This document shows, piece after piece, positions 56,236 to 64,000 of a DNA stretch of 64,000 nucleotides. This stretch comes from Eledone cirrhosa (Eukaryota): contig OZ024740.1 of assembly GCA_964016885.1 (NCBI GenBank), forward strand, positions 198,772,001 to 198,836,000. Reading direction: 5' to 3'. Position 1 is the first letter of the stretch, and each line of letters opens with the position of its first letter. The notes below the pieces were generated by a model. The model did no database searches and was not told the origin of the DNA. It saw only the letters and a list, made by a program, of their open reading frames with translations. The translations under genes and the position numbers were made by a program.

Positions 56236-58906
56236 AAAAACGATCTAGATTCTATAAGGACAATAATATGTTCAAAAACAACCAAAGAAACTTCTACAGA
56301 AAAATTGGTAAGTCAACAATAACTGCTAAATCAATACCACCCAAGGAGGAAGTGCAAGAATTCTGGGAAAAGATCTGGGCCGAAGAAAAAGTTCATAACA
56401 TACATGCCCCATGGATAGACAGACAAATGAAAGAAACAGCTCACCTTGAAGAACAAACATGGGAAAATATAACAGTTGAACAGCTGCGCTTGGCTCTAAG
56501 AAAAACCAGCAAATGGAAATCCCCAGGAAAAGACAAAATACAAAACTTTTGGATAAATGCCTTCACAGAGTCTCATGAGCTGTTAGCCCAACTTTACAAT
56601 GAAATAGTTAAGGAGCCAGAAAAGATACCATCATGGCTAGTTAACGGCATTACATTCCTGCTACCGAAGAATGATGAGACAACAATCCCAAAAATTACAG
56701 ACCGATAACCTGCTTGACCACAATGTATAACATTTTAACATCAGTCCTAACTGAATACACATATGACCACCTGATAACAAATGACCTATTTCCCATTGAG
56801 CAGAAAGGGTGTAAACGAGGCTCATATGGCTGTAAGGATCAGCTTCTGGTTAACAAAATGATACTGGAAGATTGTCATAATAGACACAAAAATCTATCGA
56901 TTGCTTGGATAGATTATAAAAAAGCATTTGATAGTTTGCCACACAGTTGGATTGAAAAATGTTTAGAGATTTTCAAAATATCCCCCGTTGTCAGGAGGTT
57001 TTTGTCATTCAGTATGAGGACATGGAGAACGACACTCCTTTTGAATAGTGAAACAAAATCACTGGAAGCTGGAGAAGTTAACATTAATTGTGGAATTTTT
57101 CAGGGTGACTCTTTATCACCGCTTTTATTCTGCATCGCACTTATACCATTAAGTAAAATGCTCAATGAAACAAAACATGGATATAGAGTCTATGACAAAA
57201 CCATTAATCACCTGTTCTACATGGATGACCCGAAACTATTTGCAAAAAATGATGAACAATTGCAAGGGCTATTATCCACTGTGAAGCAGTTCAGTGATGA
57301 CATTAAAATGGAGTTTGGACTGGATAAATGCGCCAAAGCAACGTTCACCAGAGGAAAGCTGCTGAGGAGTTCAGACATTAATCTTGATCGGGGGAACGTG
57401 ATAAGAGAGCTTGATCAAGAACAAACTTACAAATATCTAGGTGTTTGTGAAGGAGACGGAATCAAGCACTCGACAATGAGGGAAAGGATAAGGAAGGAAT
57501 GTTACCGCAGAGTCAGAGCAATCTTAAGAACGGAATTGAATGCAAGGAATAGGATCGATGCCATAAACACGCTTGCCATACCAGTAGTAACCTACAGTTA
57601 CAATGTCATCAACTGGTCAAGCACAGAGATCCGTAGGATCGATACAAAAATCCGAAAATTCTTAACCATGCACAGAATGCATCACCCTAAGGCAGACATA
57701 GATAGAATATATCTCCCTAGGAAAGAAGGAGGACGTGGGTTAATCCAGTTAGACATTGCGTTGAAAACTGCAACAATTGGATTATCCACATATCTAAGGG
57801 AATCACATGATTGGATGATCAAACTCGTTTTGAAACACGAAAGCACCAAAAGATCATATTCCATTACAAAAGATGCACAAAGATACAGTAATGGACTACA
57901 AATTTCAGAATTCCCATTTACTGCTGAAATGGAAAACACAGAAAAATCAAAGCAGGTAAAAGTAACTGCAAAGAAAGAACTGCTACAGAAACTGGCTAAG
58001 AAATGGCAAGAAAAGCCCCTGTATGGAAAATACCCAGAGCGAGCTAACAATCCTGATGTTGACAAAACTTTAACCCATCAGTGGTTGGCATCCTCTGGAC
58101 TGAAATCGGAGACTGAAGGACTGATTATATCCGCACAAGATCAGTGTCTGCCAACAAAAAATTACCAAGCCAACATAATAAAAAATGGGTGCAGCCCACT
58201 ATGCCGTGTATGCAAAAAACAACCAGAGACCATTGACCATATAATTTCAATGTGCAGTCCTATAGCTCCAACCGAATACCTAAACAGGCATGACAGAGCT
58301 GCACAATACATACATTGGATAATGTGTAAGCATTTTGACCTGCCCCATCAAAAGAATTGGTGGGAGCATCAACCACCTCCCATACTTGAAAAAGATCACA
58401 TCTCAATCTTGTGGAACTTTAGCATCCAAACAGACCGAAAAATAGATGCAAATAGACCTGATATAATATTGAAGGACTTTCAAAGGAGGGTATGCCAGCT
58501 AATTGATATGTCTGTTCCAATAGACAAGAATGTATCTATAAAAACATTTGAAAAATTGAGCAAGTATAAGGACCTGGAGATAGAAATTGGAAAAATGTGG
58601 AAATTGAGAACTAAAACAATACCAGTGGTTGTAGGCGCTCTGGGAATGATACCTAAGGGGTCTAACGACTACTTATCGCAAATCCCAGGAAACCCGCGTA
58701 TAGGAGAAATACAAAAGATAGTACTAATGGGAACTGCCCATATACTAAGGAAGATCCTGTCAATATAAGTACATCACAAGTCTAAACACTAAGGATGCAT
58801 GTGTGAATATGTGTGTTCTTTCTTGAACATGGCGGACCTTGTTGTCTCTTGAGGTCACTGGTTGTGACTTTGTGATAACTCGTATAAACATAAAGCAAGA
58901 TAAATG
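56236..58906 (+). mobile_element. Dong/R4-type RLE LINE, family B, young 5'-truncated copy
   Basis: colinear with the preceding copy; 3' UTR ends in (TAA)n. Confidence 0.92.
56714..58768 (+). CDS. Reverse transcriptase, CCHC knuckle and restriction-like endonuclease (684-aa open frame; one frameshift upstream near 56685)
   Basis: GIFQGDSLSPLLF, FYMDD, CRVC..ETIDHIISMC, RHD, RPDI, EKLSKYKDL, PVVVGALG. Confidence 0.9.
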   Translation: MTTMYNILTSVLTEYTYDHLITNDLFPIEQKGCKRGSYGCKDQLLVNKMILEDCHNRHKNLSIAWIDYKKAFDSLPHSWIEKCLEIFKISPVVRRFLSFSMRTWRTTLLLNSETKSLEAGEVNINCGIFQGDSLSPLLFCIALIPLSKMLNETKHGYRVYDKTINHLFYMDDPKLFAKNDEQLQGLLSTVKQFSDDIKMEFGLDKCAKATFTRGKLLRSSDINLDRGNVIRELDQEQTYKYLGVCEGDGIKHSTMRERIRKECYRRVRAILRTELNARNRIDAINTLAIPVVTYSYNVINWSSTEIRRIDTKIRKFLTMHRMHHPKADIDRIYLPRKEGGRGLIQLDIALKTATIGLSTYLRESHDWMIKLVLKHESTKRSYSITKDAQRYSNGLQISEFPFTAEMENTEKSKQVKVTAKKELLQKLAKKWQEKPLYGKYPERANNPDVDKTLTHQWLASSGLKSETEGLIISAQDQCLPTKNYQANIIKNGCSPLCRVCKKQPETIDHIISMCSPIAPTEYLNRHDRAAQYIHWIMCKHFDLPHQKNWWEHQPPPILEKDHISILWNFSIQTDRKIDANRPDIILKDFQRRVCQLIDMSVPIDKNVSIKTFEKLSKYKDLEIEIGKMWKLRTKTIPVVVGALGMIPKGSNDYLSQIPGNPRIGEIQKIVLMGTAHILRKILSI

Positions 58907-58926
58907 CAAATAATAATAATAATAAT

Positions 58927-60312
58927 AACCGATACCAGGACTTAAAGTGTGAGGTAAAAAGGATTTGGAACTGCCATGAAGTCAAAGTGGTCTCGATTGT
59001 CATAGGCGCACTAGGTACTATCTCAAAAAGTTTCCAGGGATGGTTAAAGAAGATTGGCCTCGCCACCCTTTTTGGAACGCTTCAAAACGCATGCTTGCTG
59101 GGAACAGCAAAACCCTCCGATACGTCCGGAATATCTGAGGCTGCAGGTAGTGGATTGATATTCATTTCAACAAACTTTTCAGTTAACTAACATCAATGAC
59201 TGAGACTCAAAGAACAATAATAGTAATAATAATAATAAGATAGGAAGACTAGGAAGCTATTGACTATCTACATGTTCCACAAGAGGAGTGATGTCGATAG
59301 ACTCTACTTAAGGAGATCTGAAGGTGGAAGAGGTCTTATCAGCATAGAGGACTGTGTTCAGATGGAGAAAAACAACCTACACAAATACGTGACTGATAGT
59401 AAGGAGCCAATGCTCAGAACTGTACTGAGGGAGGGGACAATAGACCAGGGGATGTCCAAGGAGGAAATAACATCAAGGAGAAAGAGCAGCCTTCAGGAAA
59501 AATCCCTTCATAGTACCTTCTTTGAGAAAACTGAATTTAGAGATCCACAGACATGGAACTGGTTGAAAGGAGGAGACCTTAAAAAGGCTACAGAAGGAAT
59601 GTTAATGGCTGCGCAGGAGCAGGCCCTCAAAACGAAGTGGTTGAAACACCATATTTACAAGGAGGAGGCTAGCCCACTGTGCAGGATCTGTGAAGAGAGA
59701 GAGGAGACTGTGGCTCAAATTGTATCCGAGTGTAAACGCCAAGCCCAGATTCACTATAAGGGCTGGAGACATGATGTGATGGGCAGGGTGATCCACTGGC
59801 ACCTATGCAAAGTAAACAATTTACCACATTCTGATAAGTTGTATGAGCATAAGCCAGAGTCGGTGATAGAAAACGATCAGGTGAAGGTGCTGTGGGATTT
59901 TAGGATACAGACGGACAAGAAACTGGAACACAATAGACCTGACCTGGTGGTTGTGGACAAAGAAAAAAGATCGTGCCTGATTGTGGATGCGGCCTGCCCA
60001 TTTGACACGAGAGTGAAAGAGAAGGAGAGGGAGAAAATTAACCGATACCAGGACTTAAAGTGGGAGGTAAAAAGGAATTGGAACTGCCATGAAGTCAAAG
60101 TAATCCCGATTGTCATAGGCGCACTAGGTACTATCTCAAAACGTTTCCAGGGATGGTTAAAGAAAATTGGCCCCTTCACGCTTTTTGGAACACTTCAAAA
60201 GGCATGCTTGCTCCGATACGTCCTGAATATCTGAGGCTGCAGGTAGTGGCTTGATATTCATTTCAACAAACTTTCCAGTTGACTAACATCAATGACTGAT
60301 GACTGAGACTCA
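58927..60312 (+). mobile_element. Two further 5'-truncated Dong family A copies (58927-59215 and 59237-60312)
   Basis: ORF 59260-60234 matches 50300-51290; each copy is bounded by (TAA)n. Confidence 0.9.
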
Positions 60313-60354
<42 letters not shown>

Positions 60355-60358
<4 letters not shown>

Positions 60359-60643
60359 GTGGTTGTAGGCGCTCTGGGAATGATACCTAAGGAGTCTAAC
60401 GACTACTTATCGCAAATCCCAGGAAACTCGCGTATAGGAGAAATACAAAATATAGTACTAATGGGAACTGCCCATATACTAAGGAAGATCCTGTCAATAT
60501 AAGTACATCACAAGTCTAAACACTAAGGATGCATGTGTGAATATGTGTGTTCTTTCTTGAACATGGCGGACCTTGTTGTCTCTTGAGGTCACTGGTTGTG
60601 ACTTGGTGATAACTCGTATAAACATAAAGCAAGATAAATGCAA
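60355..60643 (+). mobile_element. Dong family B 3' fragment
   Basis: VVVGALGMIPK..HILRKILSI plus 3' UTR, between (TAA)n tracts. Confidence 0.9.
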
Positions 60644-60682
60644 ATAATAATAATAATAATAATAATAGTAATAATAATAATA

Positions 60683-62050
60683 TGTTGATGGAACTAGCAT
60701 TGTTATCACTGCTAGCACCGATTGCATCTCAGAGTACTCACTAGGTAATGTTAAATACACTCCAAGAGTATACACATAGTTATTCGCTGTCAACGGGTAC
60801 TTTCAATTATTCCCGAACTTGAGGTTCGGCCACACTTAATGCAGCAATAGAGTGCACGTCCCCCTCTGTTCTCATATATTATGCGACAATGCACAATCGG
60901 CGTATTTGGCTTCATCAGCGTGTTTCACCTAATCAATAACCAATTGATCGACAGAATTCGATTTCAGTCCGTGTCGGCTATGACTGTATGTAAAGGCCAA
61001 CACAGTAAAACGTTAGCAACTGGAATCTCTACGCGCGACAATGCCGTTCCTTTATTCGCTACCGATTTAGAAATTGACCTGATGGCAGGAGACGAAATTC
61101 AAATAGTTCCGCTCCCGCCATAAGCACTCAACCAAGGTATCTGAAACACAAATTAAAAAGTTAGTGGAAAATCGCTCTAAGAATAAATCAGTCACCAATC
61201 GCTGTAAAACAGAATGGTAGCATTCGGTTCTAGTGTCCATGTCCGATGGCGAAAAATAGTGCGACAGTAATAATGGTAGTGCCTACAATCTTTCGGGACA
61301 TTATATGCCAACCGGCGATTAGATAACAATATAGAGTTAAGGCGCTGGTTAGAATCTGAATTCTAGATATTTCGACGAACCACGTGCGTAAACCGGTCTA
61401 TTTCACAACTTGTACGTTTCATTAAGTGAGTGGAAGAGAAAATTTCCAACCGTTAGTAGAGCGTACATTAAAACAAATACAATGAAAATGTGAAAAATTG
61501 TTCAACTTACTTGGGCCACGCGCTATCCGCTCACGATAAAAATCATACTCGCATCTCAACAACAATACGGCACAATTATTTCACCTCAAATGGTCCCACT
61601 CTCTTTAACATTACATCAAAACACATTAAAACAGAAACAGACAACATAAAGTTGTTAATCTGCTAGTTGGGAGAAAATAATAATAAGTTAATGGAACCAG
61701 CATGCGTTTCACTGCTACGACCAGTTGCATCTCAGCGTACTCAATAGGTAATGTTAAATATACTCGCAGAGTATACACTTAGTTATTCGCTTCAATACAA
61801 GGAACGTAAACGGGCACCTTCAACTATTCCCGAACTCGAGGTTCAGCCACACTTAAATAGAATGCACAGCCCCCTCTGTCCGCATATATTCTGCAACAAT
61901 GTACAGTCGGTGCATGTGGCTTCATCAGCCGGTTTCGCCTAATCAATAACCAATTGATTGACAGAATTCAACTCCAGTCCGTGTCCGCTATGACTGTATG
62001 TGACGGCCAACACATTAAATCGTTAGCAACTGGAATCTCTACGCGTCAAT
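60683..62050. repeat. Two diverged ~360-bp direct repeats (60683-61043 and 61688-62051) flanking a CR1-like fragment (61509-61645)
   Basis: colinear tggaac.agcat..taggtaatgttaaata..aatcaataaccaattgat..ggaatctctacgcg. Confidence 0.8.
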
Positions 62051-62065
62051 GTGATATATATATAT

Positions 62066-63400
62066 ACGTGGGAAAGTGAAAAATCGGAGAATAGACCGTT
62101 AAAACATGTTTATTTAAAATATCACCTACGTACGTTTCGCCCAGTTGGGCTTCTCAAGGGCATAAATAATCACAAGTGTTCCTTATATAGTTCGGAAAGA
62201 GTTTTGGGGGTTAAATCCACATCAAGATTCATTGCTCGCAAAAATATCTTGTTTTGATTTTGCAGCAGGTCAAGGGAGGTAACTCTGGCCGGTGTTAGGG
62301 CAGTCTTTCCCGGATAATTTTTTTTTTTTTTTTTTTTTTCCTGTTTGTCTGAGCCTGGGTCTGGTATGCAAGGATTGTTTTCTGGGTGTTATTTTGCTGC
62401 GCCTGCCCGCCGGGGTGTTAAGACTTGTTGCAGGGAGATCCAGTGTACTATTTCACTCTTCATTCTTAACCCATCTAAAGAAGGATATTTTTAAGCGATG
62501 TGTACAACTTATCGCTGTTTCAGCTCTGCTGTTGATGAGCTCGTGGGGTGCAGTTATGATGTGGTAGAGCTCCATGAGGCAAATATCGCATTTCCTCTTG
62601 AAGTTGTACGGTGCAGCCCTGCCGACAATCTCCCAGTGCGTGGAGAAGCTAATGTTTAAGTCCTTCTCCACGCATTGGGAGATTGTCGGCAGGGCTGCAC
62701 CGTACAACTTCAAGAGGAAATGCGATCTTTGCCTCATGGAGCTCTACCACATCATAACTGCACCACACGAGCTCATCAACAGCAGAGCTGAAACAGCGAT
62801 AAGTTGTACACATCGCTTAAAAATATCCTTCTTTAGATGGGTTAAGAATGAAGAGTGAAATAGTACACTGGATCTCCCTGCAACAAGTCTTAACACCCCG
62901 GCGGGCAGGCGCAGCAAAATAACACCCAGAAAACAATCCTTGCATACCAGACCCAGCCTCAGACAAACGGGAAAAAAAAAAAAAAAAAAAATGATCCGGG
63001 AAAGACTGCCCTAACACCGGCCAGAGTTACCTCCCTTGACCTGCTGCAAAATCAAAACAAGATATTTTTGCGAGCAATGAATCTTGATGTGGATTTAACC
63101 CCCAAAACTCTTTCCGAACTATATAAGGAACACTTGTGATTATTTATGCCCTTGAGAAGCCCAACTGGGCGAAACGTACGTAGGTGATATTTTAAATAAA
63201 CATGTTTTAACGGTCTATTCTCCGATTTTTCACTTTCCCACGTGCTTACGCTCTGCTAACTCTCTAGCCCACTAAATATTAACACTTCGAATATTTAATA
63301 CTGCCGGCAATAGTATCGAGCACATTTGGCATACGCTACTTGGCAAATAACTATATGTATCACCTATCCCTCCTTTTTCTCTCTTTCTCGATACGTAAAT

Positions 63401-63406
<6 letters not shown>
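62066..63406. mobile_element. Near-perfect 1.18-kb palindrome of a PLE 3' end (EN C-terminus plus pLTR with hammerhead) and a ~160-bp tail, in (TA)n
   Basis: arms 62066-62648 and 62663-63243 with a 14-bp spacer; WEIVGRAAPY..CDLCLME..INSRAE..CTH; ccc-TTGAGAA-gccc/gggc-GAAA-cgtacg-TA-gg at 63146-63190 (+) and 62120-62165 (-). Confidence 0.92.
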
Positions 63407-63436
<30 letters not shown>

Positions 63437-63613
63437 ATTATCCTGGATGCAGTAATGGTTAATTACAACACGGGATAAAGTTGACGTACGGTGAGAAGTT
63501 ACTCAACGAGTTATGGAAGAATAGTTGAAGAAACTCAGTTCCTGATCCTTCTGTATTCCGGAGTGCAGATAAAGAATGAATAATAACAGGTAGACATCAT
63601 AAAAAGGTAATTT

Positions 63614-63737
63614 ATTCTGTGTGCTTACAAATGTTTCCACGGTGGTTATACAGCCTAGTTATGCTATGTGCAAATTTATAACTATTTGGAAAACTCAATT
63701 ATCAAATGCTGTGACCACTGTATCATCAGGGCAGAAT
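63614..63737 (-). ncRNA. Type I hammerhead ribozyme with a long stem II
   Basis: minus strand reads attctgcc-CTGATGA-tacagtggtcacagc..gctgtataaccaccgtg-GAAA-catttg-TA-agcacacagaat. Confidence 0.75.
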
Positions 63738-63819
63738 GGTTAAAATGTAAAATGTAAATGCCCTTAAGTGAGGTTATTGGGCAAGATAGAGTAGAAAAGG
63801 AAGGAAGAGAGAAAAGAAG

Positions 63820-63821
<2 letters not shown>

Positions 63822-63915
<94 letters not shown>
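63822..63915. repeat. (GA)n microsatellite
   Basis: direct sequence. Confidence 0.95.
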
Positions 63916-63917
<2 letters not shown>

Positions 63918-64000
63918 CAGGGGTTGGAGAAATGGGAGAGAGTGGTTTGTAGATATCTTAATCAAAATGTTGTGGTAGTGGTGTTATTATACTGGTTACT

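Noticed and set aside
61075-61115. CTGATGG..GAAA hammerhead-like string
   Set aside because: No stem I, II or III pairing
60683-62051. LTR pair (TG..CA) of an LTR retrotransposon
   Set aside because: Homology continues past the CA, the second copy is cut by the PLE insertion, and I found no PBS, TSD or gag/pol

Overview
AT-rich, repeat-dominated eukaryotic (animal) DNA with no confidently identifiable intact host gene. The tRNA-derived SINEs and dense (TA)n/(CA)n/(GA)n microsatellites suggest an octopus or other cephalopod genome (inference from recognition, not a search). The conventional content is decayed Penelope-like elements (PLEs), CR1-like LINEs, RTE and L1/Tx1 fragments, a head-to-tail stack of Dong/R4-type RLE LINEs in (TAA)n tracts (one with a 684-aa RT-RLE ORF), a hAT-type DNA transposon with TIRs and an 8-bp TSD, Helitron-like non-autonomous elements and SINEs. 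The main unexplained signal is a set of about 24 type I hammerhead-ribozyme-like motifs from more than 10 different sequence families. Most lie in short elements inserted in or next to (TA)n tracts and built as head-to-head inverted repeats with both sense 3' ends pointing outward and one arm carrying a longer tail. They include a young ~464-bp tandem array with one hammerhead per unit (retrozyme-like, 42.1-44.7 kb) and four families with the compensatory U3-A8 catalytic core. A tRNA-headed SINE shows the same fold-back architecture. All folds were read by eye and none was computed.
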